From an uncultured virus (IMG/VR IMGVR_UViG_3300042363_000446) (lineage: Duplodnaviria > Heunggongvirae > Uroviricota > Caudoviricetes), in the IMG/VR virus record IMGVR_UViG_3300042363_000446: a stretch of 64,000 nucleotides of DNA, one strand, 5' to 3'. Positions 9,248 through 17,291 of this stretch are shown here, piece by piece. The position numbers were made by a program, and so were the translations under genes. The notes under the pieces were generated by a model. It was not told where the DNA came from and did not search any database. It saw only the letters and a list, made by a program, of their open reading frames with translations. Numbering within the stretch: position 1 is the first letter of the stretch; the number at the start of each line of letters is the position of its first letter.

Positions 9248-9540
9248 AGACCGTTTAATAATTTATCTGTTTCTGGTTGTACTATTTCTGCAATAGTATC
9301 TACGTTTAGTACAAACTCAATACTTACAACTTGGTCATCAAGTTCTAATAACTTAGTACTAACAGTATCTTCAACATCTTCAGGTTCTAAACCCTGCTTT
9401 AGCATCTTTTCAATATTAATAGTATGCTGTTTTCTTTTTTCAAGTTTTATTACTAACTTTCTGATAAACTCTATAGGTATAGCACGTTTATCAACATCTT
9501 CTAAAATATGTGACCACTTTTTACTAAAATCAGGTGACAT
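9244..9540 (-). CDS. hypothetical protein
   Basis: tightly packed 98-aa ORF. Confidence 0.7.
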   Translation of the reverse strand: MSPDFSKKWSHILEDVDKRAIPIEFIRKLVIKLEKRKQHTINIEKMLKQGLEPEDVEDTVSTKLLELDDQVVSIEFVLNVDTIAEIVQPETDKLLNGL

Positions 9541-10250
9541 TAGGCTTCAACTTTTGGTTTCTTTACTCGTGTTTTAGCAACAACTTTAGGTTGTTCTACC
9601 GGAGCAACAGTAGTAGCTGCTTTAGTTTTTCTAGTTGTCTTTTTTTCTACTGAAACACCTAGCATCTGATTAGCTTCGCTCATCATTCTTTCAGATTCAG
9701 CTAAAAGTCCTTTAGCTTCAGTTGCCATTCTTTCAGCTTGAGTACGCAAGTTATTTGCTATTTGGTGGTCACCTAATACATCAGTTGATTGTGAAACAAC
9801 AGGTTCTTTATTGTTGCGCATTCTACGAGCAACATCAGCAGGATCTTGCAACCCAGTGCTTGAGTCAAGTTCTGCTAACCGCTTTACCGCAGCCTCACCC
9901 TGCTTCATTTCATCCAGAATTTTATTCAACTCGTTTAGCTTAATTCTAGTATTAGGAGCAGGAGTAACTATTACTTGTTCTGTATTAACTTTCTTTAATT
10001 GGCCTTCAGCGTGTAGTGCTTGAAGAATGATTTTACCATCAATAGTGTAAGTGCGATTAAGTGCATCAGCTAAGTTTTCACTGCTTTGTCCGATATCACT
10101 TTCAATACATTTCATCAATGGATCATGAATATGTCTGTTAAGCACTTCAGGGTATGCAACCAAACACATGTGAGGTTCACCTGGTACTTCTCTAAAAATA
10201 ATAGCAATCTTTCTTTCGTTATGTTTACCGATGTGTCTTAAAAAACTCAT
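9540..10250 (-). CDS. hypothetical protein with coiled coil and Lys-rich tail
   Basis: SD AAGGAG; late promoter GTAAATA at 10272-10278. Confidence 0.75.
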   Translation of the reverse strand: MSFLRHIGKHNERKIAIIFREVPGEPHMCLVAYPEVLNRHIHDPLMKCIESDIGQSSENLADALNRTYTIDGKIILQALHAEGQLKKVNTEQVIVTPAPNTRIKLNELNKILDEMKQGEAAVKRLAELDSSTGLQDPADVARRMRNNKEPVVSQSTDVLGDHQIANNLRTQAERMATEAKGLLAESERMMSEANQMLGVSVEKKTTRKTKAATTVAPVEQPKVVAKTRVKKPKVEA

Positions 10251-10308
10251 ATAGTTTCTCCTTGTATATCGTATTTACAATAAAGAAACAGTGTGTGAAA
10301 ATTTTTAC

Positions 10309-10566
10309 CTAGTTCCACATAAGTTGGAAATAGGTAGCTTCTTGAGGATTTTCAAAAGCAGGAGAATATCCAAATGCCCACGGATTAGATGCTATATTTA
10401 AATCGGTATAGTTGGGAATCTCTACTAAACAAAATCTACCAGTTAGCTTTTCAAGAATCCATTGTTTGGACTCTTGAGTAATTAAAGTATCTACTACTAC
10501 AAAGTGTGCAGGTATATAATTTAATTCTCTGTTACTAAACCATGTGTAAACATTTAATTCTGTCAT
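10309..10566 (-). CDS. hypothetical protein
   Basis: 85-aa ORF with ATGA overlap. Confidence 0.65.
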   Translation of the reverse strand: MTELNVYTWFSNRELNYIPAHFVVVDTLITQESKQWILEKLTGRFCLVEIPNYTDLNIASNPWAFGYSPAFENPQEATYFQLMWN

Positions 10567-10943
10567 TCATACAACCTAGCAATTACAGTTAACTTATCCC
10601 ACAAATCTTTTGCCGCAGGTTCTTGCAACAAGTGAGGAGGAAATATTTCAATCCAAAGTTTATCACCGCCACGGAAAAACGGATTAGTTTTAAAGTTTCT
10701 AGGCTGGTGTATTTTTCCGTTGTTCCATAACCGAATACCTAATTCTTTTGCTTCCTCATAAGTCCATTGTGAAATGTCATACTCACCGTAACGTTCGTAA
10801 TGGTACTGTTTGATGATTAAAAGAAAATCATCTATAGTGTGAGACATAGTACCTGTTACTATCAAGAAAACTTGATCCTCGGACACTTCACCCTTGAGTA
10901 TGCTGCGCAAACATCTTCCTAAACTTGTACCAATATATTTCAT
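10563..10943 (-). CDS. hypothetical protein
   Basis: 126-aa ORF, ATGA overlaps on both sides. Confidence 0.7.
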   Translation of the reverse strand: MKYIGTSLGRCLRSILKGEVSEDQVFLIVTGTMSHTIDDFLLIIKQYHYERYGEYDISQWTYEEAKELGIRLWNNGKIHQPRNFKTNPFFRGGDKLWIEIFPPHLLQEPAAKDLWDKLTVIARLYE

Positions 10944-11533
10944 CGTATAACAACCCTAGCTTTTTCATCAACGTAATCACTATAAGTTTTGTAACCATTT
11001 TTTCTAATCCAATCAACAACAATTTGAGGGTCAGTTTTAAATAATTCCTTTACTCCGTCTATGTCTAATGCGGAATTAAATTCATAAATTTCATACGATC
11101 TTTGAGAGTTCATTCTGGCTCTAAGAATCATTTGATTTAATGGAATAGGATTTGGTTTTGGACCGGCGTAGTTTTCTTCCTTTAAGATAGAAAAAATAGT
11201 TTCCTTTTCCCAGTTTTCAATTTCCTGTTTGGCGGCAGCAACATCATAGATACATTCCAATCCTTCATTACACCACATTGCCAAAAAATGATGTGTTTTA
11301 TTTTGTGAGTTCATATACCATTTCCGCTTTTTTATTAAATCATCAAGTGCTGGATTAGTTTCGGCAGCTTTTAGAATATCTTGCCAATCAGACCAACGAC
11401 TAACCCACAGTGGATATTTGCTATGAACCAATGTACGCTCGGTACTTCCTATAGTGCGGGCGTACACTGTGTGTCCCCTGTCAGGGGATTCAAATATTAC
11501 CTCAGGCTGCTTGGGAGATTCTGTGGTCATCAT
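10940..11533 (-). CDS. hypothetical ORF; probably two genes (11533->11298 via a -1 shift, and 11314->10940) joined at A_AAA_AAG
   Basis: plausible ATG at 11533 (the track start at 11650 lies deep inside the VWA gene); internal ATG at 11314; slippery heptamer at 11327-11333. Confidence 0.55.
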   Translation of the reverse strand: MMTTESPKQPEVIFESPDRGHTVYARTIGSTERTLVHSKYPLWVSRWSDWQDILKAAETNPALDDLIKKRKWYMNSQNKTHHFLAMWCNEGLECIYDVAAAKQEIENWEKETIFSILKEENYAGPKPNPIPLNQMILRARMNSQRSYEIYEFNSALDIDGVKELFKTDPQIVVDWIRKNGYKTYSDYVDEKARVVIR

Positions 11534-12815
11534 AAATCGCAAAATTGCCAAAGGGCGGGTTCGGATTAGGATCACCGTGAATGATCCATAGTGTATCACA
11601 GTATTCAGCATCACCCCATGAACCAAAAGGATAGCCATCTGTGAATACAATCAGTTTGTTGGGCACTCTGTTTTCTTCTTTAAGATGTTTAAAGATACAA
11701 GTAAAGTCAGTACCGCCGCCACCTTTAAGTTGGTAATCTTCAACAGTGTCCATGTTTTCAGAAGTAAATTCCTGAGTGTTATATACTTCAGTATCAAAGC
11801 ATGATACATGAACACGATAGCCATCAAACATATCCATCATGCCCATTACTTCTGACAAAAATGCCATGCCCTGCTTGTTAGAAATAGATCCGGACAAGTC
11901 AATGTAGATATCTACGTCAATTTCTTCACCGGGGTTAGTACCTGGCATAATAGCATCCATGTGCCATGATCTACGCGACGGACGCATCCAAGTGTAATCA
12001 CTTTTGATAGCAGAAGTTAATGCAGTCTGAATCAGTTCTCGCCAGTTCATTACCGGGTCAGTAAGTTCTTTTACCAAACGCTCTACACCTGCAGGAAGTT
12101 CGCCGGAGCCTGCTTGTTGTGCTGCATTGAGAATAGCGTCTCTAATATCTTTACGCATTTGTTCACGTTCGGCTTCAGACATGGTTGGACGTTTGCCTTT
12201 GCCTTCTTTATCATCACCTTCACCTTCGCCGTCACCGTCTCCATCCAAGTGATCGTCAATCATTTTGTCAATCAACTTGTCAAGGTCAAGTTTTTGAATG
12301 TTTTTCATCAGATCATCATAAATCTTTTCGCTAGACCAACCTTCATACTTGGGTTCATACAAGCAATCTACTGTAGTGATAAACTCGCCCACTTTGTGCT
12401 TTTTGAGGTCAGCGTTTACGCAGTAGTCATTTGCAATATTGAATAGTTGAGGATCACGATTACCACGACGGCCCATGTGATCATAAACTACGTGTAGTAC
12501 TTCATGTGCAACTAAAAATATAACTTCTTTAGGCTTTAGCATCATGATAAAACGAGAGTTGTAGTAAAACTTGAAGCCGTCAGTAGCAGCAGTTGAGCAC
12601 CAATCGTCAGCATTGATAAGTTGCAAGCGAGTTGCGAGATTACCAAAAAATGAATGCTTGAGCAAAAGAGACACACGAGAACTAATCAACCGATCACGAG
12701 CAAGTACATCAATTTTGGGATCAGTTGGACCTACAAGTTTTTCAAGTTTAGCTGAACGCTTTTTCTTACCCTTAGTACCGGGGAGTGTATCAGACATATA
12801 GATTGGGTAATTCAT
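11502..12815 (-). CDS. metallopeptidase-like (HExxH) + VWA-like domain protein (DUF2201-type), MoxR partner
   Basis: TAATDG, HEVLH, acidic Gly linker, DLSGS MIDAS, GGGGTDF, VFTDG. Confidence 0.9.
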   Translation of the reverse strand: MNYPIYMSDTLPGTKGKKKRSAKLEKLVGPTDPKIDVLARDRLISSRVSLLLKHSFFGNLATRLQLINADDWCSTAATDGFKFYYNSRFIMMLKPKEVIFLVAHEVLHVVYDHMGRRGNRDPQLFNIANDYCVNADLKKHKVGEFITTVDCLYEPKYEGWSSEKIYDDLMKNIQKLDLDKLIDKMIDDHLDGDGDGEGEGDDKEGKGKRPTMSEAEREQMRKDIRDAILNAAQQAGSGELPAGVERLVKELTDPVMNWRELIQTALTSAIKSDYTWMRPSRRSWHMDAIMPGTNPGEEIDVDIYIDLSGSISNKQGMAFLSEVMGMMDMFDGYRVHVSCFDTEVYNTQEFTSENMDTVEDYQLKGGGGTDFTCIFKHLKEENRVPNKLIVFTDGYPFGSWGDAEYCDTLWIIHGDPNPNPPFGNFAIYDDHRISQAA

Positions 12816-12850
12816 AATTTATACCTGTATTTTTGATTTACGATAATGCT

Positions 12851-12880
12851 ATTATATATTACTTTGCTTACTATTGTCAA
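12851..12880 (-). promoter_or_regulatory. sigma70-type early promoter
   Basis: TTGACA-18 bp-TATAAT upstream of the VWA gene. Confidence 0.8.
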
Positions 12881-12882
12881 GT

Positions 12883-12907
12883 AAAAAGAAGGGGAGTTTC
12901 CTCCCCT
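12883..12907 (-). terminator. intrinsic terminator after the MoxR gene
   Basis: AGGGGAG-GAAA-CTCCCCT hairpin followed by TCTTTTT. Confidence 0.85.
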
Positions 12908-12930
12908 AAAGCGTACCACCACAGTAAACC

Positions 12931-14025
12931 TTAATCATCAGCGTTGATGATATACTTACCATACTTCTTGTGAAACTCGTCAAAGTTTTTCAACTGTGAG
13001 GGTTCAATTGGAAGTTTGAAAGTTTTCAAAGCAACTTTAGCACCCATTACAACCAACTCAGTTTCAAAGTTATTCATCATGTAGTCAAAGAAATACTGAG
13101 CCATGTTGTGAAACTTTTTGCTATCAACTTTGTTTTCATGTGCTTCTTTCAGTTCGTAGCACATTGCTGTTGTCAGCGAGTACATAGCTGAGATTTCTTT
13201 TATAGCAAGATCAGTTACCTTACCATTAAGAATATCTGCCGGGTTAGGCATACGCGCAGCTACTTTGCGGTGAGCCATAAACTTAATAGCAAGACCCTCA
13301 CCCACAGAACCCGCAATCAAGTGTTCTAGTGTGTCGGTGTCAGTGTCATTATCATCAAGCAACTGGCTTACAAACACCCATGAACGCGGGGTAGCAAATG
13401 CTCGTGAAGAAGACTTAGCGTTAAAGTCATACATGTCATTTTTTGCAAATGACAAGTAACCAACTACGTCTTTGTGAATGCCTTTGTTAACAGCCCAGTT
13501 CTGCCAAGCGTTAAAGTCGGGGCGCATTTCAAGGTGAATGAAACGATTAGCAAGCGGCATGGGCATACGATAAGTAACACCTTTGTCACTGTCGCGGTTA
13601 CCTGCTGCTACGATTACTACGTTATCAGGCAAACGATACTTACCTACTCTGCGGTTAAGAATCAACTGATAACCAGCTGCCTGCACTGCGGGAGGAGCCG
13701 AGTTCATTTCGTCAAGAAAGAGTACGATCAGAGGATACTGACTAGCAAGTTCTTGATCAGGAAGATCAATTGGTTCAGCCCAATCCATCTTATTAAGGTC
13801 TTTGTTGAAGAATGGAATACCGCGAATGTCAGTAGGTTCCATTTGAGCCATACGAAGGTCAATCATCAAGCCGCCCATTTCTTCAGTAATGTCAGCTACT
13901 ACTTCCGACTTACCGACGCCGGGCGGGCCCCATATAAAAACAGGGCGTTTTACTTTGAATGCTTTGAGAAGTGCTCGGCGAAGCTGTACTGAAGTTACTG
14001 TCAAGCTGTCTGTGGTGCGAGTCAT
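12931..14025 (-). CDS. MoxR-type AAA+ ATPase
   Basis: GPPGVGKS Walker A, LFLDEMN Walker B, AAGN sensor, PLANRF arginine finger, TPRSW. Confidence 0.92.
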   Translation of the reverse strand: MTRTTDSLTVTSVQLRRALLKAFKVKRPVFIWGPPGVGKSEVVADITEEMGGLMIDLRMAQMEPTDIRGIPFFNKDLNKMDWAEPIDLPDQELASQYPLIVLFLDEMNSAPPAVQAAGYQLILNRRVGKYRLPDNVVIVAAGNRDSDKGVTYRMPMPLANRFIHLEMRPDFNAWQNWAVNKGIHKDVVGYLSFAKNDMYDFNAKSSSRAFATPRSWVFVSQLLDDNDTDTDTLEHLIAGSVGEGLAIKFMAHRKVAARMPNPADILNGKVTDLAIKEISAMYSLTTAMCYELKEAHENKVDSKKFHNMAQYFFDYMMNNFETELVVMGAKVALKTFKLPIEPSQLKNFDEFHKKYGKYIINADD

Positions 14026-14074
14026 AAATGCTCCTAATTGTTATATTACAAAATAAAGTATTGCGAGAAGTTAT

Positions 14075-14103
14075 AGTTTACGAAAGTAACTAACTAATGT
14101 CAA
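14075..14103 (-). promoter_or_regulatory. sigma70-type early promoter
   Basis: TTGACA-17 bp-TAAACT upstream of MoxR; SD AGGAG before the ATG. Confidence 0.7.
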
Positions 14104-14143
14104 CTACTTTCGCATTATTTGGGTAATCATTTAGACGATGTTG

Positions 14144-14419
14144 TTATACAGCTTCCAACATGTTCATGGGAACACGCCAGTTACCTTGATTAGTTTTGAC
14201 AGTAGCAAACTTGATTGCTACCTTAGTCAGTGTACCAACATAAACACCATGCCGATCTTTAAACGAAACAGTGTCACCTACAATTAAAGACCGCTTTACT
14301 TGAGTGCGCAGTTGGGCTCTAGCATAATTGATAGCTTGAGCAAGGTCGTTAATGTCATCATTAGTCAAATTACTATTGATAATTGCACTGCGAATTTCTT
14401 TTACTGAGTTCATTTTCAA
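14144..14419 (-). CDS. small early hypothetical protein (SH3-like C-terminus possible)
   Basis: SD AGGAG and own promoter; IVGDTVSF...GTLTKV..KFATV....WRVP pattern. Confidence 0.7.
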   Translation of the reverse strand: MKMNSVKEIRSAIINSNLTNDDINDLAQAINYARAQLRTQVKRSLIVGDTVSFKDRHGVYVGTLTKVAIKFATVKTNQGNWRVPMNMLEAV

Positions 14420-14479
14420 GCTCCTGTTTATTTACTGTATGATGTTAGTATAGCAGATTTGGGTAAGAAGTCAAGCCTT
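14419..14479 (-). promoter_or_regulatory. early promoter + RBS cassette, copy 1 of a ~60-bp direct repeat
   Basis: TTGACT-16 bp-TATACT with extended -10 TG; CATACAGT...AAACAGGAGCT. Confidence 0.8.
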
Positions 14480-14480
14480 T

Positions 14481-14813
14481 TTATTCAGCTACGCGATAAA
14501 TGATACCCTGATCAGTAACAGCTTTTACAATACTGTCTTGGGCCCAATTAGATTCCCATTCTTTGATCAGCTTGCGATCACGGGGTCGCGCATTGTGTAC
14601 TTTTACGCGGGCCCACTTTTTGCAGTAAGTGATTGTAACTTCATCACTTGCATAGATCATTTCAAGTACAAGCTTCATACGCTCAGCTTTAAGCTTGAGT
14701 TGATTAGAAAAACGTGAAGCATTGACGGCGCTTTTGAAAGCAGCATCACGAGCAGCAAAGAAAGCATAACGACCTGCGCTTTTGTGTTCAGTTTCAAGCA
14801 TTTGAATTGACAT
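14481..14813 (-). CDS. early hypothetical protein
   Basis: 110-aa ORF with own promoter/RBS cassette. Confidence 0.7.
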   Translation of the reverse strand: MSIQMLETEHKSAGRYAFFAARDAAFKSAVNASRFSNQLKLKAERMKLVLEMIYASDEVTITYCKKWARVKVHNARPRDRKLIKEWESNWAQDSIVKAVTDQGIIYRVAE

Positions 14814-14821
14814 ATTACTTT

Positions 14822-14881
14822 AGCTCCTGTTTGTTGACTGTATGATTAGTATAGCACAATTGGGCAGAATGTCAAGCCTTT
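14822..14881 (-). promoter_or_regulatory. early promoter + RBS cassette, copy 2 of a ~60-bp direct repeat
   Basis: TTGACA-16 bp-TATACT with extended -10 TG; CATACAGT...AAACAGGAGCT. Confidence 0.8.
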
Positions 14882-14910
14882 GGGTAGAAATAGTTTAAAA
14901 TATTTTCTTT

Positions 14911-14947
14911 AATAAAATCAATAGGTTACTAAGTTGTTGATTTTATT
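14911..14947. promoter_or_regulatory. palindrome made of two inverted IHF-consensus sites
   Basis: AATCAATAGGTTA (+, 14916-14928) and AATCAACAACTTA (-, 14930-14942) both match WATCAANNNNTTR. Confidence 0.55.
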
Positions 14948-15200
14948 GACAAAGTATAGCTAATAAGAGCATTTTGTCAGCATAATCAATAGCTTTGGCT
15001 AGCTCTTCCTTAGGTCTTTGAGCAATACCGGGAGATCGGTTGGTTCTAGCAACTACTTCAGCTTTGGATAATTCGGTTACTAAGTGATCTAGGTTCTTGA
15101 TCATCTTTTTTAAGTCTGGGTTGTAGTTTAGCTCTTTCAGTCGTTTGGAAAGAGCATCTACAAGTTTTTGTGCTTCTACTGCGGTTGTAAATTCAGTCAT
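14943..15200 (-). CDS. hypothetical helical protein
   Basis: 85-aa ORF overlapping the upstream gene's stop. Confidence 0.65.
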   Translation of the reverse strand: MTEFTTAVEAQKLVDALSKRLKELNYNPDLKKMIKNLDHLVTELSKAEVVARTNRSPGIAQRPKEELAKAIDYADKMLLLAILCQ

Positions 15201-15648
15201 TAGTATTCAAGCGCCTAATAATTTCTTCAGCCCAGTCTTTGGCGTGTAGTGTGTTCCACCATTCATACTCGGGTATGATAGCATTATATTCTGTGTTGTC
15301 AAGCCTTTCAAATACTTGATTAGTATCTTCAAATCTTCCTTCATCAATCGTGTCCATCCAAACTATAAAGTCAGCATTAAAATCTGTGCGTAACTGTTTA
15401 GTTGGACACACAAAGTCACAAATTACATAAGATCCATTTCTTTTGGCTTTGTCAGCTAATAGCTTCATCCTATTCATTTGTCTGTGTCTACCAATTGGGG
15501 TAAAGTCCCAATCGTTAAACTGTTCTCTTACTTGATCAGCGTTAAACCATTCAACTTGATACTGTTTATCTTCTAATGCTTTCTTTAGAGCAGCAGCCAA
15601 AAATGTTTTTCCTGATCCCGGGAGTCCCATAATCAATATAGTTTTCAT
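15193..15648 (-). CDS. adenylylsulfate-kinase-like P-loop kinase
   Basis: MGLPGSGKT, NADQVR, DWDF...GR, VICDFVCP. Confidence 0.75.
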   Translation of the reverse strand: MKTILIMGLPGSGKTFLAAALKKALEDKQYQVEWFNADQVREQFNDWDFTPIGRHRQMNRMKLLADKAKRNGSYVICDFVCPTKQLRTDFNADFIVWMDTIDEGRFEDTNQVFERLDNTEYNAIIPEYEWWNTLHAKDWAEEIIRRLNTND

Positions 15649-15650
15649 GT

Positions 15651-16736
15651 TTACTTTCTTAGTAGTGGAGGAATGCCAGCGCGTGATACTTTAAATCCAA
15701 AAGCTTTAGCGTTCTTTCTAAGTGTATCAGGTTTTATATCCACTGTCAAGGCTGTTTTAAACCTTGGATCATTTTTTTCTTTTTCACTTGGAATGTAACC
15801 TGATGCAGACTCATTTGTTTCGGCTTTAGCTAATCTATCATAGTAGTTAGGAAATTCTTTTAAATGATCTAACGCGATTTCTTTAGCTACTTGTTTATTG
15901 GTAGTATGTTCTAACTCAACTCGTATTCCTTTGTTCAATTGTTGTATTAGTTGGTTAACAGGTACTGAATGCTTTTTTGCTAGTTCGTGTACTGTTAATG
16001 TGGGTTTGTCTAACTGATCAGCTTCTTCTATACTAAGAGACTTACTATGTAGTTTATCTCTTAATGAGTATAATGCAGTAATGCCACCTTGTGTTCTTAA
16101 TGCTTTATATGACAAGTTTTCAGGTGAAAATTCTCCACCTTTGTCTAATCCTGCTTGCCGATAGCGTTTTACTAAAGATATCGCATCATTTACTTTATCT
16201 AAGTCTTTTGATTTAAGTGTTAATTCTATTAGCTTAGCCAACTTTTCAAATTTAGCTTTAGTTTCTTTATGATCTAGATTAGCTTTGCTTTTCTTAGGAA
16301 AGTGTATCCATTCGTTATTCAATACACTATATTCGCCTAATGACCGCACTGGTTTCTTTACATCTTGTACATATAATTCTACAGGAACACCATGAACAGT
16401 AATATCATGAGAATCGTTATACAATGTTTTTTTAGCAGTAAAAAGTTCTTGATAAACTTCATCATTGGATAGATTGCTAAAATCAACTAAAATGTGTAAA
16501 TCTAAATCAGAATGCGGTGTATAGCTAAATGCTGCGTTAGACCCCGATATCGTAATATCATCTACATCTAATTGACTAACACCAAGTTCTTGTAAGAAAT
16601 CTTTTGCTATTACTATTAGTTGTTCTCTAACTTCTGGATCTAATTGGTCATCGTTCCAAAGAGCAGGGTTAAGTTCATCGTGAAACTTAACTGCATCTGA
16701 TAGACTGAAATCTGTTAATTCTGTTATTAATACCAT
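15651..16736 (-). CDS. Pol-beta-superfamily nucleotidyltransferase with additional C-terminal modules
   Basis: ISGSNA...SDLDLHI (GS...DxD), VELYVQ; C-terminal GIRVELEHT...IALDHL module; start moved to the ATG at 16736, downstream of the terminator and late promoter. Confidence 0.65.
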   Translation of the reverse strand: MVLITELTDFSLSDAVKFHDELNPALWNDDQLDPEVREQLIVIAKDFLQELGVSQLDVDDITISGSNAAFSYTPHSDLDLHILVDFSNLSNDEVYQELFTAKKTLYNDSHDITVHGVPVELYVQDVKKPVRSLGEYSVLNNEWIHFPKKSKANLDHKETKAKFEKLAKLIELTLKSKDLDKVNDAISLVKRYRQAGLDKGGEFSPENLSYKALRTQGGITALYSLRDKLHSKSLSIEEADQLDKPTLTVHELAKKHSVPVNQLIQQLNKGIRVELEHTTNKQVAKEIALDHLKEFPNYYDRLAKAETNESASGYIPSEKEKNDPRFKTALTVDIKPDTLRKNAKAFGFKVSRAGIPPLLRK

Positions 16737-16755
16737 ACTACTATTTAGTATAGAT

Positions 16756-16783
16756 AAAAAGAAAGGGAGCATAAAGCTCCCCT
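16756..16783 (-). terminator. intrinsic terminator after the tmRNA
   Basis: GGGAGC-TTTAT-GCTCCC hairpin then TTTCTTTTT. Confidence 0.85.
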
Positions 16784-16784
16784 C

Positions 16785-17115
16785 TTAGTTGTTTGATAAC
16801 AAGGTAACCAGCCCCGTGAAGCTTACGCCGCTAGGCGAATATCTTCAAGTGCGAACTCATCGTTTGCGTTTACTTTTTTGCTTCTTTAACCGAGAAACTC
16901 CCAGTCCTTAAAGGTGTTCTGCGTTCACCTATTCTCCACATACCTTCAGTTGTTTGGCGAATCCAAATCATCCCCATCAAAAGAGTACTATAAAGAACTA
17001 CCTAATCCCCTTTCAGTAATTTACCATCGCGGTCAACAGGCGGAACGATGTAATACTCTTTTGGTGGAGATGCCGGGGTTCGAACCCGGGTACAAACTTC
17101 CTATCTCATGCTTCA
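16785..17115 (-). ncRNA. ssrA: circularly permuted (two-piece) tmRNA: acceptor piece ~17115->17062, intervening 17061-16976, coding piece 16975->~16785
   Basis: T-arm CCGGG-UUCGAAC-CCCGG and 3' CAUCUCC-ACCA ending at 17062 lie upstream of the 5' GGGGAUG...GGAUUCG at 16975; acceptor stem has G3:U70; tag ORF 16867->16823 = ANDEFALEDIRLAA*. Outer boundaries approximate. Confidence 0.92.
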
Positions 17116-17274
17116 ACGAATTTCTTTTTTAGCAGCGTCATAAAAGCTGCTTGATGTTTTAGTATCAGCTTGTTTTATCAAGCATCTACCACAACAACTT
17201 CCAATTAGTTTTGCTAACTCAGGTTGTCTTTTGATATCTTGTTCTCTAATGTTATTACAGATACATAATATCAT
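17113..17274 (-). CDS. Bfd-like [2Fe-2S] ferredoxin (53 aa; not in the ORF track)
   Basis: MILCICNNIREQDI...IGSCCGRC, with CxC and CxxC; SD AAGGGAG. Confidence 0.75.
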   Translation of the reverse strand: MILCICNNIREQDIKRQPELAKLIGSCCGRCLIKQADTKTSSSFYDAAKKEIR

Positions 17275-17291
17275 AAAACTCCCTTATTATT

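Noticed and set aside
11534..11650. N-terminal extension of the 10940-11650 ORF
   Set aside because: Overlaps the VWA gene by ~150 nt with no RBS; the ATG at 11533 is more plausible
16914..17132. 72-aa plus-strand ORF
   Set aside because: Antisense to the tmRNA; no independent support
17062..17135. Stand-alone tRNA gene (T-arm + CCA)
   Set aside because: No D-arm or anticodon arm upstream; the acceptor partner GGGGAUG lies downstream at 16975, so it is the acceptor piece of a permuted tmRNA
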